DNA of 64,000 nt from Microbotryum violaceum (taxonomy: Eukaryota), in the NCBI GenBank assembly GCA_001244265.2, contig LN717261.1, positions 2,681,591 to 2,745,590 of the forward strand, in the 5' to 3' direction. The position numbers and the translations under genes are program-made. The notes below the pieces were generated by a model. The model did no database searches. It saw nothing but the letters and a program-made list of their open reading frames with translations, and was not told the DNA's origin. Below, one piece after another: positions 26,301 to 43,391 of the stretch (positions are counted from its first letter, which is position 1; each line of letters opens with the position of its first letter).

Positions 26301-28050
26301 TCCTTTGCAACGCGCGCAGCAACCTCGGTGGCTCGATACGTGCAATCCGCACCTCCATGTCGGTGCGTGCCGCTACCGCAATCCGAGCATACGTGATCAA
26401 ATCTGCAAGGCGTCCCCTTCGCGTGCGAACCGTCATTGAACTTGTTGCACGGCCCCTTTGGTCGGCTGGTCGGCGTTCTCTGGGCGCCTTTGTTTGAAGC
26501 CGTACGACCTGCAGGCGTGGAGGAAGCCGGCCGGTCGCGAAATTGCTGCGCGTGATGGTTCGTAGAGGTGCGAAGAAAAATTGGGTCGTTCCAGCTCGCC
26601 TCGAGCAGAGATCAAATGAGTCGTGAACCATAGGCGGCCCGCTCGGTTTGAAATGCCGCGTCGTAGCGAACAACAAAAGCAGTCCCGTAGCCTTCCGTCA
26701 TGACCAGCTTGCGAAGGAACTTCATGTAGTGCTCCCAGTCCTTGCCACCGTGCGTGAGGCTACAAAAAACTGCGACCCCAACTGCTTGGATCTGCTTCAG
26801 ACAATGCTCAAGCTCAAAGAACTCGACGAAATCCCTCTTCTTGCGCTGGGCTTTGAGCTTTGCCAGCGTATGGAGGCCGTCGGCTTCTTTACCATCGACC
26901 AGCATCGTTGTGAATTCTTCGTTCGTTACGCGATCGCAAACGTCCATGGCGTCGACGTACGCCCCGATCAGGATCTTCGCAACGTCCAGTCAGTCTATGG
27001 CGGCGTCGAGCTTGCTGATGAGGAGAAGCGCCATGCTGTCGAGACGGGCTGGGTCGCTCCTCTTCTTCTCCTTGGAGAGGACAATCTGCGTCTGAACCTT
27101 ACGAAGCGCCACCGACCAGGAGGGTTCATCACTCGGGTCGGGTTCCATCGCGTTGATGTGCCGGCAGAGCTCGATCGCGTAATCCGTTTCGGGTGGTGCG
27201 CTGAGAACCTTGGCAATGTTGCTTTTGATGTCGTCTTTGACCGGAGGAGGCTTTGGCATTGAGAGCCCCGGCGGCTGAGTATCCGTGGGCCTTTGCTCTA
27301 AAGGCCAACCTTTCTCTTTGCCCTTGTCTTGACTAGCGCGAGCGATCGCAGCTTGTACGGCGGCAAGATCTGAGGCGGCTGAGCTGGTGACTCACGCATT
27401 CAGAAGCGGAGTGGTAGCGACGGGAGGGGCTGCCTGGCTGTCGACCCAATCAGAGTTGTAGTCTTCCTCAGTGATAGTGTCCACCAGGATGCCGCCCAAA
27501 GCAGAGAAGGGGATCAGATTGAATCCGTTGAACTGGAGGAAGTCGGTTGCTCCCGTAACGAAGATCTCTTGCGATATGCGAAGAGCCCCTTTCTTGTCCC
27601 GCGGGATCTTGCTGAAGTTGTAGCGTTGGACAGGCCAGTCCATGCCGGGAATAGTCACATAGGACGCCTCTGGAATTGGAGGATTGAGAGCTGAGCTGCG
27701 GCCATTCTGCGGGGTGCGGGCGCGCTGCCTCCAGGTCTTGGTTGTGCTTGTCCAATAAAGAGGCTCGTGCTTAGCGAGGTACGCTTCCGGGTCTCCTGAG
27801 AGCAAGGCATGTGCCACCACGGTGTGAACCCCGGCGGTTAGGAATGTCTCCGCTGACATCGGCGAGCCAGTCGGCAACTTGTCGACTACTTCCACCCACC
27901 ATGTAGCCGCAGGGCCTCAGTCGGTTTGTTGACGGATCGCAAGGGCGAGGGCCATGCGACGCTCGGGGGCAAGGAAGCCGCGTTCATCGTAAGCCACAAA
28001 GATCGAGGCAATCACCTCCTTTGTGCACTCGAAAGTACTAGGAATCGCTA
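23312..28050 (-). mobile_element. DIRS/Ngaro-type tyrosine-recombinase retrotransposon, degenerate (gag, RT, RNase H, YR)
   Basis: gag zinc finger CRFDHVCSDC..H..C, RT PLAYMDDAFG, RNase H IYTDAC, YR GACARCAEL / HSLRSGGAT / GRWKS (ATG 24282). Multiple frameshifts. Termini not resolved. Confidence 0.85.
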
Positions 28051-28365
28051 GTTATTTTTGCCATTTGGGGGGGACGTAGTCGCCTGAAAGATAATTTGAT
28101 GGTTGACGCAACATCAGCAGTGGGGCGGCGACTAGGTATTGATTAAGGAGCTTTGGCTTTGCAAGAACAAGCTCAGAGTGATGTCAGTTGGCTGCAACTG
28201 GTGAGAATGGGGATAGCTACCTTCGTCTCAGCATACCTTTGCAAGAACAACCGGGACTCTGTGATGCCGCGGAGGCTAGCAGAGGCTGCGTTTCGAGCAG
28301 GAGGGTTCGGCAGAAGGACTGCTGAGAGATGCAGGGGTTGCAAGTCAGTGAAGTGGTCCAACAAG

Positions 28366-33230
<4,865 letters not shown>

Positions 33231-34839
33231 ACAAGGACTACCAACTAACTGCCCGTACAGGACTGGCAAGATCACTGTAGGAATCAAAGTGGTAAGTTCA
33301 CCGTGCAACAAGCTTGGGTGACCAATAACACTTACCCCAAGTTACTCCTGGACAGAGCCATGTTGAGGATTTAGACGAGCTAGGTGTGGCTAGTCAAGAA
33401 ATGTCCTGCAAGATGAAATGCTTGGTCAGTGACTTTGTCAACTGTGAGGTGATCTTGGGAGTGAGGAACGCACCTGTATCAACGGTGGTAAACGCAGCGG
33501 CAGAGGCTGGTGGAGACGTCGACGGTGCAGTGAAGGCCCTGAAGGGAACGTGCAGCGCGAGTGACCGCCTGTGAGCCCGCGTGTGTATGAGGCACAGCTA
33601 TAGCTCAGCAGGGGAGAGAGGAGAAGGGAGGTCCGAGCGCGCGAGCTTGATCGGCGCGTCAAATCCTTGCAGCAAAGGCCGAAAAGAACATGCGCCTACG
33701 GACAGAGTGGGACTTAGACAAATTTTGGGAGCAAGGCGCGAGTCGGCGCGACGCGCGCGGCGACTCAACTGGCGCAAACCGGGCCTTTGCGAGGACGTGG
33801 GCGCAAGCGCCGTCACGGCCAAGTGACTCGCATTAGGCCACGGCCGCGTGTTTACCAAGTCCACGCGCCGTCGCGAGCCTCCTTTTCCCTCCTCCCACTC
33901 ACTGCCACCGCTCGCGATCCCCACCGCTTCTTCCCTTTTGCCTCCACCATCACCTTTCAATCTGCCCCTGGTTATTTCCGAGCGAGTCGACCGTATGGCA
34001 CAGTCATTGAAAGGTATGGCTGAAGCGTTACAAGCCGCCGGCAAAGACGCCGCCAACGACCGGCGGGACCGATGCTCGGTCAACCAAACACAAAGCAGAC
34101 TGAGGCACACGTCACATCTTGGCAACGCTGACCATCTTCGGAGGGGTTCTTGGAACTTCGCTTTGGCCACATCTTTAGGGTGATCTTGAAGAAGTTATAC
34201 TGTTGTCCAGAGCAGGAAGTGGCTGGTAAGTATTTGCATTACTGCAGAGAGATTTCCAGTTCGGCCGGAAGTCAGACGACCTGTCAAACTAACTGTTGAA
34301 CAATCTCGTTGCCGTGTTTGCAGCTTGCACCAAGAGCCAAAAGGTGGCCTCCCTCAATGCGGCGCAGCCGGACAACCAACCCCTGGCTTTTGGTCTAGTA
34401 TCTTATGCTTAAGCTGCGGTGAGTCGAGAGATTTTCCGCGGATATCGGTTTTATCCCTGTGACATTCAACCTAACATTTGTCTACTGGTCCCATCAATAG
34501 GCGCGTGAGTCTCTTGAAAAGGTGATGCCCCCGATTGCGGAATTCTCAGGTGAGTCTCAATCACCAGGTGTTGCGACATACACGAGTTGTTTCCGGGTGG
34601 GGGAGGGGGGCGGTTATGCTTCCGTTTTCAGGTGGCGAAGCAGTGGCCAAAGACTCGCTCGAGGCAGGCCTGGTACTTAGGCACAGGGCACAGTTGGTGC
34701 CGAATGATACATAAGAAGAGGACTCAGAATAGATTGTTTGGCTGGCAGTAGCCTAGTACTTAGCACTGTGATTATGAGTGGGAATGCAAGCATGTACCAG
34801 TACTACCAGGCATCAATTGCTCAAGCGCGCTTATACACA

Positions 34840-35040
34840 TAATAGCACTGAAAGCAGGTTGCTGTTGCAAAAGCACTATAAGTGCGCTAAATGGCACAAA
34901 GTGCACTTAAGTGCCTTTTAAGTGTCATTTAGTGACCCACCGGAGATTATAGAAAGTGCACTAAATTTCACTAAAAGTTCGCTTTTGGCACTAAAGTGCG
35001 CTAGATTTCACTAAATTTCACTAAATCACACTAAAGCGCG
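34840..35040. repeat. Array of short CACTAAA / AAGTGC motifs
   Basis: Many direct and inverted copies of (G/T)CACTAAA and AAGTG(C), resembling transposon subterminal repeats. Confidence 0.5.
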
Positions 35041-35044
35041 AGTG

Positions 35045-37525
35045 ACAAAGTTGCTGATGCAGTCGAGTCCGGGAGCACGAGGAGCGGTGGGAGTCGCATT
35101 AGCGCCAGTGCCATAGCCATAGGGTCGAGCCTGTCCGCCTTGCTGTCCTCCTCCGCCTCCATATCCACCATATCTGTACCCCTGAGTGTTCCTTTGAGGC
35201 TGATTTTGACCACCCGGCTGCATTTGCTGCGGCCCTTGGATGTTACCACCGTAGAATGATGTCGGTTGTTGGAGGTGAACAATGTCCTGCTTCATTGTCA
35301 TCAAGTCCTAGGACATTGTTGTTGTGCTCACAACCAAGCGACGAAAGCTGTTGAGAAAGTTGTCCGGCAAGCTCGAGCTCCTCTGACCACTGTCCTCCGT
35401 TCCCGAACCTGTTCCTGAACGACTCTTCGAAGATAAGGCTGAGCGTGTGGCCGTTGAAGGTGAGGAAGGCGAGGAATCCGAGTCCTGACAACGAGTGAAT
35501 GACAGGGGCAACCCGGAAAAGTGAACGCTCCGTGGGCCGGGGCTGGGCGCTCTATCGTTACGCGGCTTGTCGCGATATCCTCCTCCTTCCCCCTCCGATC
35601 CCGAGTCTGAATTGTAAAAGTCATCCAGTCGATTGTCCCTGCCCTGGCGAGGCGTATGACTACCCTCCTTGACCAACTTCATCTTGCCGTACAATTCACT
35701 GACACGAGGCTCACGGCGAAATTTGAGCTCGTCTGTAATACCCCAGGCCCTTCACGACTAGGTTACACAGTCCAAAAGACTGACAATTTCAATAGATGCA
35801 TATTGAAATCAGAAGGGTAGTTGAATAGCGTAAGGCAACCGAGCGTTACATCATCGTCCTAGTTCGAAACTGTTTCCTGATCGCCTTCATCTCAACCGCC
35901 GGAACCGCCGTGCCTGTTGCCTCCTGCCAGTCCTTGGCTCGCTGCTCGACCGAAGGAATAAGCTTGCGAAGAAAGCCGCGCATTGCATGTTACTCCTGAA
36001 CGATGTCCTTGGGCAATCCTTTGAGGAACAGTGATGACTCGGTTTGCCATGAAAGGATTTCCTTCTTGACCAGGGGCTCGGAGTGGCGCTTGAAACGACG
36101 ATAGTAGTCCTTGAGATCGTTGCGAGTCTGGAGCTTATGCTTCCCTTTGAGCTGGCGGTAGATGACATCGTAGAGATGGTCCGGTGAATCATCATCATCC
36201 CCCTCCCCATATTCCTGAATCATCTTCTCCTTAACTCCCGCCCAATCCCCACTCTTGTACTCCTCCCACTCCTCAATCACGCGCATGAAACGATGAGGCA
36301 GCTCTTTGTGAAGGTACCTGCAGAACATCTCCGCAGTTGTGAAGTGCTGGCTGAACGAGCGCTCGTTATCCCTCAGGAACGTCTCGGCGTTCCGACCGTT
36401 CATGGCATACTCCACCCCTTTTGCCAAGAATGGGTTTGCCAACAACACCAACCTTCCCACCACCTGCTCCGCAAGCGTAGTCGCAACTCCTGCCCATTCA
36501 CCTGGTCCTGCTCCTTCACCTCCCTCTTGTACCCTTTCCCCATGTCGTCCTCCAACGCTCTCCCCCATCCTGACTTCTTCCGCCCATCTTCATACAGTCC
36601 TCCACATCTGAGATATCCGCCATTCCTTGCACTCCTTGAAGAATGTTTTGAATCATAAACGGTGAGAGTTGAGGCGAAGGTTGCTGCGCCAAGAGATGCT
36701 CAACCCAGTTGTATGATACCGAACTTGATCCTTCCCAAAATTCAGATCCTTCCTCCGTTGTACCGTTCTTTCCTTCCTATACCTCCTCCAAAGACACCAG
36801 GGGCTGCCGATGACGAGGTGTCAAAGGCATGGGCGAGGTCGTTGATGCTGACCGCTGGCTCGGGCCTAAGATTCTCTTTCGTGTGAAAACAAAGAAAGAT
36901 CCCGGCTGACTCCCCAGTGATGGTATAGCAAGGGGTCGATCAAAAATGAAATGAGAAGATAAGGGATAAGGACCCTAAGAGCTCCTAAGAGACCCAAGGC
37001 GAGAGGGACAAGCAGAGCCGAGAGACAGGGGTACAAGAGCCGAGAAACGAGACTGGAACGCTGAGGCCGGAGACTGGAGAACGATGAGAAACGAGACTTG
37101 AGACACCAGGAATTGAGAACCAGCTAGGATGCTGTATTGGGTCCTAGAAGTGGTCTAACTAAGAATAAGAAGCAAACTCCCCTCAAACGTTCCGACCATT
37201 CAAACCGCTGCGCTTCTTTCATTCCCCTTCATCCCTTCATCCGCGCATCCGGCCCGGTCTTCCATTCAAATCCCACCACATGATTCGTCGCTGACAATCA
37301 AATCTCGAGTCACCGAAATGCTGAGTTTACCCGGGGCCGCTTAATCGCTGAGAATTCTGCCGAAACCGGCGTCTTGACCCTTCCCGAACCGGTGGAACTT
37401 GAAACGACTCCCGAACTCGGCCCAGCTAAAATGACCCGAACCCGCTAGAACCGAAATGACTCCTGAACCCGGCCCGCTACGTCCGAAATGACTTCTGAAC
37501 CCGGCCCGCTATGTCCGAAATGACA
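35045..37525 (-). mobile_element. Ty3/Gypsy-like 5' fragment: putative LTR (36819-37525) and degenerate gag
   Basis: gag-like NGRNAETFL..W..VKEKM..YYRRFK..FLKGLP. The block is bounded by TGTCA...TGACA and has tandem repeats near 37425-37525. Confidence 0.6.
35700..35850 (-). mobile_element. Small solo LTR inserted in the Gypsy gag
   Basis: Ends TGTAAC...GTGTCA. Imperfect TSD (TCATC vs TCAC). Removing it rejoins gag as DDELYGK. Confidence 0.5.
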
Positions 37526-37796
37526 TCGACGGGATCCCGAGTACCACACTGCGCGCCTGCGCGCTTTGCTCTCCCATTCTCCCCACATTATCGCCCACTC
37601 TTTGTGTTCACCAAAGTGAGCGCTGCTTGCCAATGCAAATCACCAAGCTGTTGTGCATGACTGATCGTCCAGTTTCTTCAATGAAGTGCCCGCTGTTGCT
37701 AAAGACTCTCTCAGTACGTACCGTACAATGGCATGTGCTCGATCAGTTGCGCAAAATGTCGATGCGGCCATCGAAGACGTCTAACGCGTCATCCGC

Positions 37797-37823
37797 GGGG
37801 GGGGGGGGGGGGGGGGGGGGGGG
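37797..37823 (+). repeat. Poly-G tract (27 G) in an intron
   Basis: Counted directly in the sequence. Confidence 0.9.
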
Positions 37824-38739
37824 CGAAGCCCCTCCACATAATCATGATCGTCGACGATCTCGCTCGTACTCGCGCGTCGGGTAGTCTGAGCGTCGAGTTA
37901 AGCTGACGTGAAATAGCACCCCTTTTCCCCAGTCCTCCTCACCAGAGCCTCAGGTACGTCACAACCTCCCTACTCGGCCCAACGCTCCCAGACTGATCGA
38001 TTTCCCACCCATCCCTGCAGGTTTCCTCGCCGCCCACGTCGGCCAACAATTGCTCCAACGCGGATTCCGAGTCCGAGGAACGGTCCGTTCCCAAGCCAAG
38101 GGTGAGTATCTCAAGAAGTTGTATGAGAAGGATGGCAAGGCGGATCAGTTCGACTTTGTGATTGTTGAAGATGTTGAGCAGGTACGTTTCGCCTACAAAG
38201 CATGGGGTTGCTAAGAAAGAAACAAAACGGGGAGTGAAGCACTGATGATGCGTATTCCGACTTGGGTGTTGGTGTAAACAGGAAGGTGCTTTCGATAAAG
38301 CTGTCAAGGGCGTCGATGCAGTCGTACACACGGCCAGTCCGTTCCACTTCAACGTCACCGATCCCCAAAAGGACTTGATCAACCCCGCCGTCCAGTCAGT
38401 ATATGAGCTCAGGCCGAAACAATGCCGTTCAACAGAAAGAAGGAGTCTGACTCTTTTGCTCGTGGACTCAATCAGGGGCACATTGAACGTCGTGCGTTCG
38501 GCTCTGCTCGAACTCAAGATCAAGCGCGTCGTCATCATGTCATCCTTCGCGGCCGTGACCAACCCCCTTACGATCCTGTTTACACGTTCACGGAAGAAGA
38601 CTGGAACGAGTTCTCACCCAAGGAGTTGGAGAAGAAGGGCAACGACTGTGACCCGTTCCGTGAGTTCAGATGCGGCAGGGTTTTTCGAAAGGAGGGAAGG
38701 AGCTGAGAGCGCTGATGCTGCGGTGTACAATGTGCATTC

Positions 38740-41700
38740 TGTAGAAATCGAACAGCGATGTGCTGAACGAGTTGGCGGCAGTGGCAAGCCAATGAGTTCG
38801 TAATCAAGTGAGGTTGCAATAAAGGAGTTCTTCACACACCTGAACAAGTTGGCGGCAGTGGCAAGCCAATGAGTTTGTAATCAAGTGGAGAAGAAGAAGG
38901 AAAGACGCGATTGGACCGCGCGGCTAATACAAATAGAGACGCGCGCTAGGCAGATTTAAGGCAAGAGTAATCTACCTCAACACCCCCACTTGCTCTTGGC
39001 CTGAAATGCGGCGCAGACCGATGGCGTCACAATGACGCTGGAAGACTACTCGCGGCAGCGGCTTGGTGAAAATGTTGGCAACCATATCGTGGGTTGGGAT
39101 GTAGGTGACCGAGATCTCTCCATTCCGAACATGCTCCCGAACGAAATGCTCCAACATGCGCAAATGTTTGGTGCGAGCGTGGAAGACCGGATTCTGGGTG
39201 AGCGCTATAGCTCCCTGGTTATCCCCGAGAAGACGTAAAGGGGACGACGTATCGAGACCGAGTTCGGTGAGGAGCGAGCGAAGGAAGACAGCCTCCTTGG
39301 CTGCATGCGAGAGGCCCAGGTACTCCGCTTCCGTGGATGAACAAGCTACGCGAGGTTGGAGACGAGATGACCATGAGATGGCCCCACCCGCCAGTTTGAA
39401 CAAGTAACCCATAGTGGACCTCGACGTCTGTATGTCCGATCCCCAGTCCGAGTCAGAGTACCCCTCGTACCCCAGCAGAGGCGAACTGGTGCGCGTGTAG
39501 TGTATGCCAAGATCGAGCGATCCTTTGATGTAACGAAGGACGCGCTTGGCCGCCTCGAGGTGAGTGTCGCCAGCCTTGCCGACGAAACGTGACAGATATC
39601 CGACGGAGTGGGCTAGATCAGGGCGAGTGGCAACAACAGCGTACATGAGTGAGCCGATCATGGAACGGTAGATGGCATTGTCGGCGGAGTCTGTATCGGG
39701 TTCCGGCGAAAGCTGTAGGTTGGCTTCCATGGGTGACTTGCAGGGGTTGCAGTCGGACATGTTGAAGCGATCCAAGACGTCAAGGAGGTATTGACGCTGG
39801 AGAAGGGAGATCCCGCCATCGTCGTGTCGTATGACCTGAACCCCGAGTACCCATTTGGCCGGGCCAAGGCATTTGACTCCGTAGAGGGTGTCGAGTTGGT
39901 CAAGGACTCGATCGATTTCCCCGAGATCCGGCCCAAAGAAGAGTAGATCGTCGACGTAGAGTGCAATGTAGTGATCACCCCAGCGTCCTCATGACGATAG
40001 ATGCATTCATCGCAGGCGAGGCGACGATAGCCAAGACTCGCGAGCATGGCGTTGATCGTGTCGTTCCACACTCGACTTGCCTGCTTGAGACCGTAGATCG
40101 ATCGATGAAGGCGGAGGCATTTGCCTTCGTAGCCTTCGATGCCAGTTGGAACCCGCATGTAGATCTCCTCCTCCAGCACACCGTGAAGATAGGCCTTGTC
40201 AACGTCGGCTTGAATGATGTGGTGGCCCTTCGAGGCCGAGTGCGCGATGAGCGTGCGGATGGAGGTGTACTTAGCCGTGGGTGAGAAGGTGTTGTTGAAG
40301 CTGTTTGGGCCTTGTGCGCAGCCCTGTGCAACAATGCGGTTCTTCAGTGAAACCATCTTCCCGGCTTTGTCGCGTTTGGTTCGAAAGACGTGACGACTTG
40401 GTAAGATCGTAGCTCCTTTGGGCACGGAGGACAGTCCGACGACGCTGAACACCTTGAGATCGTCTTTCATCGAGCGGAATTCCTCAATGGCTCCCGCTTT
40501 CCATGCCGCGGCGTGAGGATGGCGCATGGCCTCATTCCACGTGGTGGGATCACTGCTCGGGAGCGAGAACGGGTCCTCTGGTTCCGAGAGCGGTCGATTC
40601 GCCGTCGAGGTGTCAATGCCCGCCGCGTCGAGATCAGCAACAAGTTCGGTTACCTCCTTGCCTAGAGAGAATGCGAAGGCAGAAGGGGTCGAGCGCAAAG
40701 ATGCTAGGGCGCCGTAACGAGCTGGGGGTTGCGCGGGCGCGAACCCACGGGTGGCTGCCACGCGGGCCCCGGTGCGTCGAAACGTAAAGCAGCCGGAAGC
40801 TCCGCTTGGTCGGGGGTGCCTGATTGGCATGCTGGTCAGGGAGTACAACGACTTTGTCATCGTCATCGTCGTCGTCGTCGTCGTCGCCTGCGACGGGCGC
40901 GTGAGCTGCTGTGATGCCCTCCCGCCTGGCTGGGAACTCGTCCTCGAAGAATGTGACGCTGCGCGATTTGAAAACTTGTCTGGTAGCGGGGTCAAACAGT
41001 CGGTATCCCTTGGATTCGAGATTGTAGCCGACGAATACGAGTGGAATGCCCCGCGGATCGAGTTTGCTGCGCGCTTCGGTGGTAGCTGCCTTCCACGCTC
41101 TGCAGCCGAATACGCGGAGATGGCCGGCTGACGGCTTCGATCCGTGCCAACGCGTGTGTGGTGTGACGCCTGAATTTGCCGAGTGTGGTGAGCGATTTTT
41201 GACGTAGACATATGTTGCCAATGCCTCGGCCCACAAAGCGTGAGATAGACCCGACTGGTGGAGCATTGATCGGACACCCTCGGTGATCGAGCAATTTGCG
41301 CGTTCGGCAACCCCGTTTTGCTGAGGGGCATCGGGAATCGAAAGCTGACGAGTGATGCCTTGTTCTTCCAGGAAGCTCGAGAACTCGTTTGACAAGAATT
41401 CACCACCGTTGTCGGAGCGGACTGCCAGGAGTTTTCTCGACGAGGAGCGCTCGACCTTTGCAAGCCACGACTTGAAGGCCGCAAAGGTATCGGACTTGTG
41501 CGACATCGGAATTGCCCAGAGATATCGGGTGTAATCACCGACAATGACGAGGGCGTATTTTGCGCCGCCTAACGACACGGCGCCGTCGAACGCAAGAAGG
41601 TCCATGTGGACTCGATCAAGAGGCTGGGCTGAACGATTCGACGCGACGGTGGGGAAAGGGTGATGTGTGATCTTCCCAGCCTGGCATGTATCACATTTCA

Positions 41701-43391
41701 AGTCTGCGTTCAATGCTATCTCCATGTTGACTCCCAGCACAGCCTCAGTTGAGATCAGCTGTCGTAGAGCGCGTGGGTGAAGGTGAGCGAAACGTCCGTG
41801 CATGATGGAGACGGGGACGGCCGCGAACGCACGTGGGGACGCACCCGGTTGCTCGATGAGAGTAGTGACGTCGACTAGGGAAGCATGCATGTGGTACAAG
41901 CCGTTCGTGATCTCCCCGGTGTGGCAAATCGACCCGTCGACTGAGACCATTGCTTTGCCTCGGGAAAGGTTGATGTCGTAGCCCGCGGCGTTGGCGCGAC
42001 TGGCGGAGAAGAGGCTGACCGGCGCGCTGGGGACGAACAACGCGTGGTGGAGTTGACCGATGCTGCCGTTGAAGGAGCGAACGACAGCGGAACCGACGCC
42101 TTCGATCGAATTGACCGCCTCGCCCGTGATGCCCTCGAGCGGAGCAGGCTTGCACTTGCGGAAGTTGGTGAAACAAGCGCGATCGTTGACGATGTGATGC
42201 GTCGCGCCGCTGTCGAGGATGAGGGAAGGTTTGGCCAATGTGGACATCGCTGCGGTGAGGTATCCGCGGACCGGGCCGTCTACCAACGTCGAGATGTCGG
42301 GAGCAGCGGCGAGTGATGCGGACGGCGCGGAGGAGGCCTTGGACTTCTTGTCCTTGACGGGGCATTTTCGATTCCAGTGAGGACCTCCACAGTGTCGGCA
42401 CGGAGCTGACGGAGTCGATGAAGATCTGTCCGTCGCGGTCAAGCTAGCTACCATCGCCACGGGCTTGTGTGCCGGCGTGGATTCAGCTTGAGTCTGAAGC
42501 GTTTGAAGCGCTTCAATCGGATCAGGGAGCTTGTCGAGGTCTTGACGGAGCGCTTGAGTATAGTACTCCTTGTAGAGGTCCTTGCCAAAGTGGATCAAGC
42601 GTATCGAGATGACCTGGTCAAAGGTAAGGTTGTATCCCGAAAGAGTGTTAAACAGCTCAATGGTGTTGGCTTGGTACTTCTCGAACGCGTCGACACCGGA
42701 GGGAGGCGGACCCGCATCGAGCAGGGCTTGGAGCTTGATGAAGATGTCGGTGACTGTGCCTGCTGCGACCGCTTTCTTGATCATCTTCAAGACGTCGGTG
42801 GGAGTGTGATCGAATCCATCTTTGATCTGCTTCTTGATGTTGAGGGAGACCGAGCGCCTCAAGAGCGCGATCGCTTGGAAGTTGGCGTGCTCCAGGTCGG
42901 TGCGCGCGTTGGGTTTCTGAATGGGCGTCGCAAGCGTGCAGTTCCAATAGTCGCCCCGAGAGCTCCACGGACGTCGTTGATCCATTGCGACCAGCCTCCC
43001 GCGTTGCGCAGGTGGCATGACGGGTCGATATCGCGGGGTTTGACATAGACGATAGAGGTTGTTCCCCCTGATACCACAGTGTCCGTATCACCGGGCATGA
43101 TGACTTGATGACTCGAGTTGGCTGGGCCGCTACGTTGGGCTCGTAACCTGTAGAAATCGAACAGCGATGTGCTGAACGAGTTGGCGGCAGTGGCAAGCCA
43201 ATGAGTTCGTAATCAAGTGAGGTTGCAATAAAGGAGTTCTTCACACACCTGAACGAGTTGGCGGCAGTGGCAAGCCAATGAGTTCGTAATCAAGTGGAGA
43301 AGAAGAAGGAAAGACGCGATTGGACCGCGCGGCTAATACAAATAGAGACGCGCGCTAGGCAGATTTAAGGCAAGAGTAATCTACCTCAACA
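38740..43391 (-). mobile_element. Full-length Ty1/Copia retrotransposon, family B, frameshifted gag-pol
   Basis: 243-bp TG..CA LTRs at 43149-43391 and 38740-38982. TSD CATTC, PBS-like GGTTACGAGCCC, PPT GAGCAAGTGGGGG. Motifs CRHCGGPHWNRKC, LDSGATHH, SDNGGE, YVDD and YSDSDW. Confidence 0.97.

Noticed and set aside
33990-34690. Several GT-AG intron-like signals on the plus strand
   Set aside because: The spliced frames contain stops and no recognisable domain; probably a relic.
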